A stretch of DNA of 64,000 nucleotides from an uncultured delta proteobacterium (GTDB taxonomy: Bacteria; Myxococcota_A; Polyangia; Polyangiales; Polyangiaceae). The position numbers and the translations under genes were made by a program. The notes under the pieces are model-generated. The model searched no databases, had not been told where the DNA came from, and saw only the letters and a program-made list of their open reading frames with translations. Below are positions 1-9,869 of the stretch, in pieces. How positions within the stretch are numbered: the first letter of the stretch is position 1; each line of letters starts with the position of its first letter. The DNA is taken from contig CAVREO010000015.1 of assembly GCA_963720145.1 (NCBI GenBank), positions 50,055-114,054 of the forward strand, written 5' to 3'.

Positions 1-2343
1 CCGATCTCCTTCGGGAGAGGCGCCTCGACGCCGAGGTCCTGCTCAAGGCGGCCCGCGTCCTGACCGACGACAACGCCGACGCCGTCTCCCGGGCCATGCA
101 GCGGGCTCGCGAGCTGGCCGCGCGTTCGCCCACGCGCGAGCCGAACGCCCTTCATCTGCTGTTTGCGCTTTGCCAGGAGCGCACGACCGCCGCGTATCGC
201 GCGGTCGCCCAGTGCGGATCCGACGTGACCAAGCTTCGCACGGCCGCCATGCAGATCGCGATGGGCATCGTCGGCGCGCGCCGCACATCGACGGCGACGC
301 AGCTCACCCTGCCCCGCGCGTCGATGCCCAAACCGAGCGCGCGCTCGCTCGAGCCCGCCGCACGACCGCCGACTCCGGCGCGCACCGCGGGGGCGAGCCC
401 GGTACCGGTCGTCCCCGTCGCCGCGCCGACGGCAGGGCCCGCGCCGCCGTCCCAGACACACTCGGCAGCCCCGGCCCACGCGCCACGTGCCAAGCGGAGG
501 CAGGCGCCGGCGCCAAACGGCCAGACGGGGCATACGCGTTTCGATCTGGATCCCAAGCTCTTTCCGGCGCTGTCTTCGCTCGGCCGCAATCTGACGCTGG
601 CGGCTGCGCGCGGCGAGCTCGACCCGGTGTTCGGCCGCGAGGCCGAGATCGACCACGCGCTCGACGTGCTCGCCAAGCGGCAGGCGAACTGCCCGTGCCT
701 CGTCGGCCCGGCTGGCGTCGGCAAGACGAGCGTGGTGCGCGGCCTCGCGCAGCGCATCGCCGATGGGCGGGACGTCGCGACGCTCGACGACCGTATCGTC
801 GTCGAGATCGACGCGACGACGCTTCTCGCGGGAACGGGCGTGCGCGGCGCGCTCGCCGAGCGCATGGCGCAGATCAAGGCGGAGGTGGCGTCGAGCGCAG
901 GGCGAGTCGTCCTCTTCTTCGACGAGCTGAACGAGGTCCTCGCAGGCGAAGACGAGGTCGCCGCCGAGCTGAAGGTGGCGCTCGCGCGCGGCGAGCTGGC
1001 CTTGATCGGGGCGACCACCGCCGAGGAGTACAAGCGGGTCGTCCTCGCGGACGCCGCGCTCGCTCGGCGCATGACGGCAATCGAGGTCGAGGAGCTCGCC
1101 CCCGACGAAGCCGTCCTGGCGCTCGAGCGCGTGGCGCCGGCCTTCGAGAAGCACCACGGCGTGCGCTTCTCGCCCGAGGCGATCGTCGCTGCGGTCGCCT
1201 GGAGCGCGCGCTACGTGCCCGACCGCGCGCTGCCCGACAAGGCGGTGAGCGTGCTGGACCTCGCAGGCGCTCGTGCGCGGCGTCGTGGCGAGCCCGAGCT
1301 CGGTCGCGAGCAGATCGCCGACGTCGTGAGCGAGACGACCGGAGTACCGGTCGAGCGGCTGCTGGAGACCGACGGAGAGCGCATGCTCCGGCTCGAGCAG
1401 CTCATGGGCAATCGCGTCGTCGGTCACGCCGAGGCGCTGGAGCGCATCGCGCGAGTCTTGCGACGCAACGCGAGCGGGTTCCGGTCGCGGCGGCCCATCG
1501 GCTCGTTTCTCTTGCTCGGCCCGACGGGCGTCGGCAAGACGGAGACCGCCAAGGCGATCGCGGAGTGCCTCTTTCACTCACCGCACGCGATGACCCGGCT
1601 CGATTTCGAGCGAGTACGCCGAGTCGCACGCCATAGCCCGCCTGGTGGGCGCGCCCCCGGGGTACGTCGGGCACGAGGCAGGCGGCCAGCTCACCGAGGC
1701 GGTGCGCAAGCGGCCCTATCAGGTCCTGCTCCTCGACGAGATCGAGAAGGCCCACCGCGACGTGCTCGAGTCGTTCCTCCAGGTGTTCGACGAGGGGCGC
1801 ATGACCGACGGCCGCGGCCGCACCGTCGACTTCACCAACGCCGTCATCGTGATGACGTCGAACCTGGGCGCCGACGTCGCGCGTCCGACGTCACGAGGGC
1901 GCATCGGGTTCGGGGCGAAGGAGCAGCGCGATTCGCTGGCCTACGAAGAGGCGCTCTGCGCCGCGGGCCGCGCGGCGCTGCCGCCGGAGCTGTACAACCG
2001 CATCGACGAGGTGCTCGCGTTCGCGCCGCTCCGACGCGTGGACGTCGCCGAGGTGGCGCGTCGCATGCTGCGCGCACTCGGGGAAGAGCTGGTCGCCGCG
2101 CGCCGCGTTCGTCTCGACGTGAGCGACGCGGCCATCGAAGCGCTGCTCGCCGGCGGGGGGTTCGACGCCGAGCTCGGGGCGCGTCCGATGCGCCGAGCGA
2201 TCGGCCGCCTCATCGAGGCGCCCATCGCCGAAATGGTGCTCCGCGGCGAGCTCGAGCCGGGCGACGTCGCGCTCGTCGAGGTCGAGGACGGACGCGTGGT
2301 GGTCGACACGGTTCGACCCCGAGGGACGCGCGCCAGCGCCTGA
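1..2343 (+). pseudogene. ClpA/ClpC-like double AAA+ chaperone ATPase, 5'-partial (runs off the window start), frame broken by an extra nucleotide near 1608
   Basis: The frame starting at nt 3 is open and reads Clp_N-like repeats (..LLRERRLDAEVLLKAARVL.., NALHLLFALCQE). It has Walker A GPAGVGKTS with FFDEL, and a second Walker A GPTGVGKTE. After ..MTRLDF the conserved SEYAESHAIARLVGAPPGYVGHEAGGQLTEAVRKRPYQVLLLDEIEKAH..MTSNLGA continues only in the +1 frame (ORF 1645..2343, stop tga at 2341-2343). There is no long coiled-coil M domain between D1 and D2. Confidence 0.85.
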
Positions 2344-2359
2344 TATAGAGTCGCACGTC

Positions 2360-3913
2360 ATGGCGGGCGGCGAGACGAAGCTGACGGGGCCGGATCTGTC
2401 CGAGGGCGTGGCGGCGGGCGACGTACCCGACGGCGGGGTCTTGCTGGGGCACGCCGGCGGCGAGGCGGTCGTGCTCGCGCGATCCGGAACGGAAGTCTTC
2501 GCCGTCGGTGCCACCTGCACCCATTACGGCGGACCCCTGAGCGAGGGGCTCGTCGTCGGCGACGAGATTCGCTGCCCGTGGCACCACGCCTGCTTCTCGC
2601 TTCGCACGGGCGATCCGGTCCGCGCCCCCGCGCTCAACCCCGTCGCGTGCTTCGACGTGGAAACACGCGGCGAGCGACTTGTCGTTCTGGGAAGGCGCGA
2701 GCCGAGCACCATGCGCAGGAATCGCGGCGGGCCCTCGTCGGTCGTCGTCGTCGGCGCCGGCGCAGCAGGGAACGCGTGCGCGGAGGCGCTCCGGCGCGGA
2801 GGCTACGCGGGGCCCATCGCCTTGCTCGGCGCCGAAGGGACAGTCCCCGTGGACCGGCCGAACCTTTCGAAGGACTACCTCGCGGGCAACGCGCCCGAGG
2901 AGTGGATGCCCCTGCGCGGCGCCGAGTTCTACCGCGACTACGAGATCGAGACCGTGCTCGGTACGCGCGTCACGCTGCTCGACCTCGCCGGCGGGCGCGT
3001 CGTGCTCGCCGACGGTGCGTCGCGGCCGTTTGGAGCGCTCGTGCTGGCGACGGGAGCCGATCCGGTGAGGCTCCCGGTGCCCGGCGCGGACTCACCCCAC
3101 GTCTTCACGCTGCGGACGCTGGCCGACAGCCGGGCCATCATCGCGCGCGCCGCGAACGCCAAGCGCGCCGTGCTCGTGGGCGCCGGGTTCATCGGGCTCG
3201 AGGTCGCGGCGAGCTTGCGCGCGCGCGGGCTCGAGGTGCACGTCGTCGCGCCCGAAAAAGTCCCGCTCGAGCGCGTGCTGGGCGAGGGCCTGGGCGGATT
3301 CGTCAGGGCTCTGCACGAGCAGCACGGCGTCGCGTTTCATCTCGGCACGACCACGAAGGCGATTCACCCAGACGCCGTCGAGCTGGCCAACGGCGAGCGC
3401 CTTCCGGCCGATCTCGTGGTCATCGGGGCCGGCGTCCGGCCCGACGTCTCGCTGGCCCAGCGAGCGGGCCTCGCGATCGATCGGGGTATCGTCGTCGACG
3501 CGTACTTGCGAACGAGCGCTCCCAACGTGTGGGCCGTCGGGGACGTAGCCCGCTGGCCCGACGCGCGCACCGGTGAGGCCATCCGCGTGGAGCACTGGGT
3601 GGTCGCCGAGCGCATGGGGCAGATCGCGGCGAACAACGTGCTCGGCCGCGCGGAGGCGTGCGAGCTGGTCCCGTTCTTCTGGAGCGCGCACTACGACGTC
3701 ACCATCGACTACGTCGGCCATGCCGAGAGCTGGGACCGCATCGACGTCGACGGCAACTTCGTGGCGCGCGACGTGGCTGTCGCGTTCCGCCGGAAGGGAA
3801 AGACGCTCGCGATCGCGGCAATCGGTCGCAGCGGCGTGTCGCTGGCGGCGGAAGCTGCGATGGAGCAACAGGACGAGGCGGCGCTTGCGCGGCTGGTGCC
3901 GGTGAGTCGTTAG
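2360..3913 (+). CDS. Rieske [2Fe-2S] domain fused to an FAD/NAD(P)-dependent pyridine nucleotide-disulfide oxidoreductase (ferredoxin-reductase/AIF-like)
   Basis: Rieske motifs CTHYGGPL...CPWHHACF are present. Dinucleotide-binding folds VVVVGAGAAGNA and VLVGAGFIGLEVA follow, with GDVA near the C-terminus. The 517-aa ORF has an ATG start. Confidence 0.85.
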   Translation: MAGGETKLTGPDLSEGVAAGDVPDGGVLLGHAGGEAVVLARSGTEVFAVGATCTHYGGPLSEGLVVGDEIRCPWHHACFSLRTGDPVRAPALNPVACFDVETRGERLVVLGRREPSTMRRNRGGPSSVVVVGAGAAGNACAEALRRGGYAGPIALLGAEGTVPVDRPNLSKDYLAGNAPEEWMPLRGAEFYRDYEIETVLGTRVTLLDLAGGRVVLADGASRPFGALVLATGADPVRLPVPGADSPHVFTLRTLADSRAIIARAANAKRAVLVGAGFIGLEVAASLRARGLEVHVVAPEKVPLERVLGEGLGGFVRALHEQHGVAFHLGTTTKAIHPDAVELANGERLPADLVVIGAGVRPDVSLAQRAGLAIDRGIVVDAYLRTSAPNVWAVGDVARWPDARTGEAIRVEHWVVAERMGQIAANNVLGRAEACELVPFFWSAHYDVTIDYVGHAESWDRIDVDGNFVARDVAVAFRRKGKTLAIAAIGRSGVSLAAEAAMEQQDEAALARLVPVSR

Positions 3914-4195
3914 ACACGCTGGGGCGGCGTCCTTGCGGCAGGAGCGGCTCTCTGCGTGGTCGACCGGCAACTACCTCGTAGACCGTCACGTGAGCTGCTA
4001 GCGAGCGAGAGCAGCGCGCCGAGCGCCCGTCATGAGGGCTCCTCCCGACCGGATGCAGCACGTCGATCGACCCACGTCAGGTGCCGCGCCCGAGAGCCGC
4101 GAGCCGAAATCGTTGGTGCCGAGCGCAATCGCACGCCCATATGCGTCGATGCGCCGCGGGCCTCGTCGAGGGCGGGAGGCCGGATTTCGTTCGGG

Positions 4196-4242
4196 CCTGC
4201 CCCTCAACCGAGGGTCGCGCGTTCCGCGTCGACAGGGGCAGG
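4196..4242. terminator. Inverted repeat CCTGCCCCT-N29-AGGGGCAGG between convergent genes, a possible bidirectional terminator structure
   Basis: A perfect 9-bp inverted repeat was read directly, in the 375-nt gap between the ends of 2360..3913(+) and 4288..6537(-). There is no U-tract. Confidence 0.25.
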
Positions 4243-4287
4243 ACCGAGCGAAGGACGGCCTCCCGCAAGCGCGCCCAACCAAGGTGT

Positions 4288-6537
4288 CTACCGCGCCGGC
4301 ACGGCCTCGATCGCGAGCCGGTAGCGCTCGCGGCGGGCGGAGTCTTTGAGGATCTCGTAGGCCTCCTCGAGAACTTCGGTGATCTTCCGCGCGTCGCCCG
4401 CCAAGTCCGCGATCTCCGGCGTGAGCAGGCGCGTGGGGTCGAACGAGCGGCGAAGCTCGAGGAAGGCGCGGCGCACCTCGTACCCGGTCGCGTTGCGGCT
4501 GACCCCGAGCAGCGCGAAGTAGTCGCCGTCGTCCACGAGCTGAAGGCGCGCCCGTACGCGCTCCCGAACAGCCTCCGCGTCGATCGCCGCCACCTGGGCT
4601 GCGTTGGCGTGCTCGGAATCCGAACCGGAGTCGCCGATGGCCGGGAGTACCTCGATGACACCCAGATGCGCCAGCGCAACCAGCACCGTCGCCAGGTCGC
4701 TCTCCGGCGACTCCTCGAGCACCTCCCGCAGCGAGCGACCCTTCGCCGCATGAATCTGGTCGAGCTCCACGGGGCCGAACGCGCACTCGCCGAGCAGCCT
4801 CGCCTCGGGACCGTCCGCCACGCGGGACCCCAAGCCGCCGAGGCGCTCGACCGCCTCGGCTTGAGACACGATCCGACGGACGATCTCGACGAAGATCTCG
4901 GCGCCCGTGGCTCCGCCGAAGACCCCCGGCTCGCCGGCCAGACGGCCCGGCGGCTGCGACTCGATGGCCAGGCGGGCGCTCGGCGCCTGCATGGCGCGCG
5001 CGAGGAGCCACTCCGCGTGGGCGCGCAGCGTTGGCCACATCTGGTCCTGGCGCAAGTAGCCTCGCGCCACGAGAGCGGCCCCGGCGTGCCGCCCGAACGG
5101 AGGAAACTTCGCTCCCAGGCGACGGACCGTCTCGCGAGGAAGATCTCCCCGCGCGCCGAGGAACGCGAGCAGCGACTCCTCTTCCGAGGTCGACGCGATT
5201 GTCACGACGTCGCCCTCTCGCAGAACGACCCGCCGTTCGGCCTCCGGCGCGGCGATGCAGAGCGACCCTGTCGTTCGCGACGCGATGGCGCTCGCGATGA
5301 CGCGCATCGCGTCGTTTGCGCCGAGCACGACCGGAAAGAGGGGGTCCTCCGCGGCGGCCGGGAGCTCGTGCTCGTCCCGACCGAAGCGCGGCGCGGAGTG
5401 CCCGCCGGTCGATGCGGTGGGCGGCGGCAACGATACGGGCTCCGCCCCCTCGTTCGGCGTGGACGCCCCCTCGCGAAGCCTGGTGGCGCCGGTGGTCGAG
5501 ACACCCTCACCCGTCGGGCCGGAATGCGTACCGCCATGCGTCTGGACCGGACCGGGCGTGAGTGTCCCTTCTGCCTCGCCCCGTCGCCGGGCTTCTGCGA
5601 GAGGCGGCTCTCTTCCGGCGATACCGAGGTCCGGGCTGGAGGGGCCCCGGGCTCGAGGGCCGACGGCGTCGCGCACGCGCTCGCGCGGCATCGACGACGA
5701 CGCCGCACCGCGGTGCGGGGGGGCGAGCTCGTCATCGTCCTCGTCTTCCTCGAGCGGCTCGTCGAGCGACGCGAGCAGCTCGGCCGGAAGCACGGCTTCG
5801 ATCTCGTCTTCGGGCGACGGCACGAGCGATTCCTGGTCGCTCTGCACGTGCACCCGCTGCTCGGCCTCCGCGAGAAGCTGCTGAAGCTCGGAGCTCACCG
5901 GCGGCGAGAGCCCGATGACGCGCCGGACGGCGCCCCCGCCCGAGGGCGGCGGATTGGAGGGCGCCCTCCGCGGGGCGGCCGAGCGTGACCCCGGCGACGA
6001 CGGTCGCGGCTCGGGGATTGCCAGGGCCGTGCCCGAGCTCCGCATGCTCGCGGGCGGCAGCGAGGGCGGAGAGCTCGAACGCTTCAGCGGAATGGACGTA
6101 GGCGGCGAGCTCGCCCGGGTCGAGTCCTCGGACTGAGCGCCCCCCGTCAGCGCGTCGACCTTCCGCACGAGCGAGGGGACGTCTACCGGCCTGAGGAAGA
6201 GCCCACTGCCCTCGTGGGCGAGCGCCTCCTCGGCCGTGGCGACGGCGCCGCCGACGCGCGCCACGAAGAGCACGTGGATGTCGTCGGCGTCAGGTAGCTC
6301 CCGCATCCTGGCGACGACCTCGAGCGCGCCGTCGCTGTCCGCGTCGACGAGCACGACGCGCGGGTGCTGCACGGCGACCCGCGCGACCAGCATCGACTGC
6401 GGCACGTCGACGACCGCGTAGCCGGCAGCGCGCAGCGCCTGAGCTACCCGTTCGGCCTCTGCCGTTGGGTCGCTGACGAATACCGTCGCTGCCGGACCGC
6501 GGGAGGCATCGTCGTGAACCGTCCCTTCGCTCGTCAC
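4288..6537 (-). CDS. Receiver-like / DUF4388-like / C-terminal J-like domain protein
   Basis: The C-terminus DYFALLGVSRNATGYEVRRAFLELRRSFDPTRL..EAYEILKD is a J-domain fold, but HPD is replaced by FDP. The N-terminus VFVSDPTAEAERVAQALRAAGYAVVDVP..VVLVDADSDG is CheY-like. The start is placed at GTG 6537 (preceded by GGGGGGA), because the ORF-track start at 6627 would overlap the TatA-like mini-ORF. Confidence 0.75.
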   Translation of the reverse strand: MTSEGTVHDDASRGPAATVFVSDPTAEAERVAQALRAAGYAVVDVPQSMLVARVAVQHPRVVLVDADSDGALEVVARMRELPDADDIHVLFVARVGGAVATAEEALAHEGSGLFLRPVDVPSLVRKVDALTGGAQSEDSTRASSPPTSIPLKRSSSPPSLPPASMRSSGTALAIPEPRPSSPGSRSAAPRRAPSNPPPSGGGAVRRVIGLSPPVSSELQQLLAEAEQRVHVQSDQESLVPSPEDEIEAVLPAELLASLDEPLEEDEDDDELAPPHRGAASSSMPRERVRDAVGPRARGPSSPDLGIAGREPPLAEARRRGEAEGTLTPGPVQTHGGTHSGPTGEGVSTTGATRLREGASTPNEGAEPVSLPPPTASTGGHSAPRFGRDEHELPAAAEDPLFPVVLGANDAMRVIASAIASRTTGSLCIAAPEAERRVVLREGDVVTIASTSEEESLLAFLGARGDLPRETVRRLGAKFPPFGRHAGAALVARGYLRQDQMWPTLRAHAEWLLARAMQAPSARLAIESQPPGRLAGEPGVFGGATGAEIFVEIVRRIVSQAEAVERLGGLGSRVADGPEARLLGECAFGPVELDQIHAAKGRSLREVLEESPESDLATVLVALAHLGVIEVLPAIGDSGSDSEHANAAQVAAIDAEAVRERVRARLQLVDDGDYFALLGVSRNATGYEVRRAFLELRRSFDPTRLLTPEIADLAGDARKITEVLEEAYEILKDSARRERYRLAIEAVPAR

Positions 6538-6545
6538 CGTCCCCC

Positions 6546-6683
6546 CTACCCGCGTGGACCCCGCGAAGCGCGCGCCGAACGCTCGCCAATCCATTCGCCG
6601 AGGCGCGGCAGCAGCCCGGCCCCCCACACGAGGGCGAAGAGGAACGCCACCATGGCGAGCTCGCCGCGCGTCAACGCAAACAT
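6546..6683 (-). CDS. Small (45 aa) TatA/TatE-like membrane protein, below the ORF-track size cutoff
   Basis: Hand translation of the minus strand gives MFALTRGELAMVAFLFALVWGAGLLPRLGEWIGERSARASRGPRG*. The ATG is preceded by AAGGAAGGCG. One TM helix is followed by an amphipathic basic tail, and the pattern F..ELxxVxxLxxLVxGxxxLPxLGxxxG resembles the Tat MttA/Hcf106 signature. Confidence 0.5.
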   Translation of the reverse strand: MFALTRGELAMVAFLFALVWGAGLLPRLGEWIGERSARASRGPRG

Positions 6684-6703
6684 CGCCTTCCTTGTATCAT
6701 CAA

Positions 6704-6723
6704 CCGCCGGGCGAGAACGGCGG
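6704..6723 (-). terminator. Short GC hairpin (CCGCCG-N8-CGGCGG) just downstream of the peroxiredoxin gene, followed by TTGATGATA on the coding strand
   Basis: The inverted repeat was read directly. It lies 50 nt after the peroxiredoxin stop codon. Confidence 0.3.
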
Positions 6724-6773
6724 CGCTTCGAGACCGATCTCGCGTCTCGCGCGACGTGTGACCTCGCGGAGAC

Positions 6774-7313
6774 TCACGCGGCGTGAAGCGTCGCGTCACC
6801 CTTGTGCCAGTTGCAGGGCGTGAGCTCGCGGGTCTGCAGCGCGTCGAGAACACGGAGCACTTCGTCGACGTTCCGGCCGACGCTCAGATCGTTCACGCTG
6901 ACCCATCGGATTGCGCCGCTCGGATCGACGAGGAACGTCGCGCGTAGGGCCACGCCCTCCTTCCTGTCGAGGATCCCGAGCGCCTGCGACAGCTCGCGCT
7001 TCACGTCGGCGAGCATCGGGTACGGGATTCCGCGCAGGGCAGGGTGCTGCTCCCGCCAGGCGAGGTGGACGTACTGCGAGTCGACGCTGGCCCCGAGCAC
7101 CTGCGCTCCGCGGTCGGTGAATTCCGCGTGACGCCGGCCGAACTCGGCCACCTCCGTCGGGCAGACGAAGGTGAAGTCCATCGGCCAGAAGAAGAGCACG
7201 AGCCACCTGCCCGGGTAGCTCTGACTGGTGATGGATTGAAACTCGCTGCCGGCTTGCAGGTCCACGACGGCCTGCAGCTCGAACGGAGGAAGCTTGTCGC
7301 CGACTGTGAGCAT
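6774..7313 (-). CDS. Typical 2-Cys peroxiredoxin (AhpC/Prx1 family)
   Basis: The motif FFWPMDFTFVCPTEV carries the peroxidatic Cys, and the resolving Cys lies in ELTPCNWHKGD. The start is placed at ATG 7313 (MLTVGDKLPPF..) with GGAG upstream. The longer ORF-track N-terminus is Arg-rich junk. Confidence 0.9.
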   Translation of the reverse strand: MLTVGDKLPPFELQAVVDLQAGSEFQSITSQSYPGRWLVLFFWPMDFTFVCPTEVAEFGRRHAEFTDRGAQVLGASVDSQYVHLAWREQHPALRGIPYPMLADVKRELSQALGILDRKEGVALRATFLVDPSGAIRWVSVNDLSVGRNVDEVLRVLDALQTRELTPCNWHKGDATLHAA

Positions 7314-7451
7314 GAGAGAGCTCCGTCTTGGTGTTTGGCCTTCGGCATCGTGCAAACCTCGCGCCGGACTGGCGTTCGGCTGTCGCCTCCAGTACACCCG
7401 AGACGCTGGATGGCACGAGGCGCGTCGAGCGTTCCCGCCAAGGACGAGCGA

Positions 7452-9869
7452 ATGCTTCCGCAGAGACCCCCGTCTTCATCCCCCTGGCTGTCCCGCTGGC
7501 AGCGGTGGCGGACGCGCCTCGTCGTATGGGCCAAGCGTCTGGCGATCGCCGGAGGCGCCCTCGTCCTCGCCGGCGCGATCGGCCTCTGGCTCGTCGTGCA
7601 CCACTACGAAGCGGGGCTGCCGGGAGTCGCCGAGCTCAAGGCGTACCACGCGCCGCAGGTCACCCGCGTCCTGGCGCGAGACGGCTCGACGGTGCTGGCG
7701 GAGCTTTTCACGCAGCGCCGTACGGTCGTGCCCATCCAGATGGTGCCCCCGCACGTGAAGTTGGCGGTGCTCGCGGCCGAGGACGCGGGCTTCTACGAGC
7801 ACGAGGGGCTCAATTACCTGGGCATCGCGCGCGCGATGCTGGTCAACCTCCGCTCGGGCGCCACACGCCAGGGCGGCTCGACCATCACGCAGCAAGTCGT
7901 CAAAAACCTGCTCCTCGTCACCCACGAGCGCACGCTCTCGCGCAAAATCCGCGAAGCGCTCTTGGCCCGCAGGCTCGAGCAGGAGCTCAGCAAGGACGAG
8001 ATCCTCGAGCTCTACATCAACAACATCTACTTCGGGCGGGGCCGCTACGGCATCGAAGAGGCGGCGCGCGACGACTTCGGCAAGGGCGCGCACGACGTGA
8101 CCATCGCCGAAGCGGCGCTCATCGCCGGGCGCATCGCCAACCCGCGCGCGTTCCACCCGCGTACGAGCATGGCGGCCGCCCTCGCGCGCCGCGCGTACGT
8201 GCTCGACCAGATGCACGCCAAGGGTTTCCTCGGGGACGCCCAGTGGGAAGCGGCGGCGAAGGAGCCGGTGAGCCTGGCGCCAGCGGTCGACTCGTCGACC
8301 AGCGAGCTAGCGCCCGAGGCGGTCGAGATGGCGCGCGGCATTCTGTACGCCCTCGAGCCGGAGCAGGCGCGGGTGGGAGGCTTCACGATCACGACCTCGA
8401 TCGATCCGAAGCTGCAGGCGGCGGCGCGCAAGTCCGTGCGCGAGGCGCTCGCGGCCTACGACAAGCGGCAAGGGCTGCAGGGTGCGCTGCGTCTTCCGCC
8501 CATGGTCGCAGACAAGAAGGGCAGGCCCACGCTCGCATGGCCACGCGGCGGCCTCGCGCCTTTCGAGGGGACACCGGACTTCGACCGGCACAAGGTCCTC
8601 GTGGGCGTGGCCGCGAGCGCCGACGACGCCGCCGGAACGTTCGACGTCCGCGTCGGCACGGCGACCGGAACCGTGCGGCTCTCCGAGTTCGAGCGGTACA
8701 ACCCGGCCCACCTGCCGCCGAGCGCCTTCGCTCCCGTCGGCGCGCGGGTGCGCGTCAGCCTGCTGCAGCCGCTGGCGGACGCGCCCGAGGCGAGGGTTCC
8801 CTTGCGCCTGGAGTCGGGGCCCGAGGGGGCGCTGGTCGCGCTCGACGTGCGCACCCGGCAGATCCTCGCGCTCGTCGGCAGCTACGAGGGGCAGCCGGGG
8901 GCGCTCGATCGAGCGACCCAGTCGCGGCGGCAGCCCGGCTCGACGTTCAAGCCCATCGTGTACTCGTACGCGCTGCACTCGCGTCGCTTCACGCCTGCCA
9001 CCCTGGTCGACCCGAACCCGGACGTCTTCGAGGGCGGCTACCACCCGAGCAACTTCGAGGGCTGGCAGGGACAGGAGCTGCTGCGTCTGCGCGAGGCGCT
9101 CGCGAACAGCGTCAACGTCGCGGCCGTCCGTGTCCTGCAGGACGTCGGGCCCGCCAGCGTGGTGCCGTGGGCTCAGGCGCTCGGGATCGAGTCGCCGCTC
9201 AAGCCCGACCTCTCGATGGCGCTCGGCAGCTACGAGGTGCATCCGCTCGAGCTGGCCGGCGCGTACGCGACCTTCGCCGCCGGGGGCATGTACCAGGCGC
9301 CCACGCTCGTCTTGCGCATCGTCGGCCCCGACGGCAAGGACGTGCCGCTTCCGCCGGCTCCTCCGCCGCGGCGGGTCCTCGACGACGCCGAGGCTTACCT
9401 GATGACGAGCATGCTGACGAGCGTGGTCGACCACGGTACGGCCGCGCGCGCCAAGACGCTCGGCGTGCCCGTCGCCGGCAAGACCGGGACCTCCAACGGT
9501 CCGAAGGACACATGGTTCGCCGGGTACTCGCCCGACGTGGCGGCCGTCGTGTGGATCGGCTTCGACGACGGCCGGATGCTCGGGCGCATCGAGCAAGGCT
9601 CGGTGACCGCGCTGCCTGCCTGGCTCGGCTTCATGAAGCACGCGGTCGAGGGTCAGCCGCGCGTCGACTTCTCACGCCCGCCCGGGATCGTGACGGTGAG
9701 CATCGACCGGCGAACCGGCAAGCTGCCCTTTGCCGACGACCCGGACGTCATGGACGAGGTGTTCCTCGCGGGAACCGAGCCGACCGAGACGGCGGAGCCC
9801 GCCCCCGCCGGCGATGCGGGCGCGGGCAACGCGGCGCTCACGGATGCGGCCACAAGCGACGTACAGTAA
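7452..9869 (+). CDS. Class A penicillin-binding protein (PBP1A-type transglycosylase/transpeptidase)
   Basis: The GT51 motifs EDAGFYEHEGL and RQGGSTITQQVVKN are present. The transpeptidase motifs are SxxK (GSTFKP), SVN and KTGTS. The protein has an N-terminal TM anchor. The start is placed at ATG 7452 (MLPQRPP..). Confidence 0.9.
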   Translation: MLPQRPPSSSPWLSRWQRWRTRLVVWAKRLAIAGGALVLAGAIGLWLVVHHYEAGLPGVAELKAYHAPQVTRVLARDGSTVLAELFTQRRTVVPIQMVPPHVKLAVLAAEDAGFYEHEGLNYLGIARAMLVNLRSGATRQGGSTITQQVVKNLLLVTHERTLSRKIREALLARRLEQELSKDEILELYINNIYFGRGRYGIEEAARDDFGKGAHDVTIAEAALIAGRIANPRAFHPRTSMAAALARRAYVLDQMHAKGFLGDAQWEAAAKEPVSLAPAVDSSTSELAPEAVEMARGILYALEPEQARVGGFTITTSIDPKLQAAARKSVREALAAYDKRQGLQGALRLPPMVADKKGRPTLAWPRGGLAPFEGTPDFDRHKVLVGVAASADDAAGTFDVRVGTATGTVRLSEFERYNPAHLPPSAFAPVGARVRVSLLQPLADAPEARVPLRLESGPEGALVALDVRTRQILALVGSYEGQPGALDRATQSRRQPGSTFKPIVYSYALHSRRFTPATLVDPNPDVFEGGYHPSNFEGWQGQELLRLREALANSVNVAAVRVLQDVGPASVVPWAQALGIESPLKPDLSMALGSYEVHPLELAGAYATFAAGGMYQAPTLVLRIVGPDGKDVPLPPAPPPRRVLDDAEAYLMTSMLTSVVDHGTAARAKTLGVPVAGKTGTSNGPKDTWFAGYSPDVAAVVWIGFDDGRMLGRIEQGSVTALPAWLGFMKHAVEGQPRVDFSRPPGIVTVSIDRRTGKLPFADDPDVMDEVFLAGTEPTETAEPAPAGDAGAGNAALTDAATSDVQ

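Noticed and set aside
1600-1615. Programmed ribosomal frameshifting as an explanation for the frame breaks (for example in the Clp, kinase and sensor genes)
   Set aside because: There are no slippery heptamers or shared sequence context at the sites. Both insertions and deletions occur, and they are found in unrelated gene families. Indel error or mutation is far more parsimonious.
3956-4349. Short plus-strand ORFs (3956..4324 and 4032..4349) in the convergent intergenic gap
   Set aside because: They are Arg/Pro-rich with low GC3 and no RBS. They overlap inverted repeats that are better explained as terminator structures.
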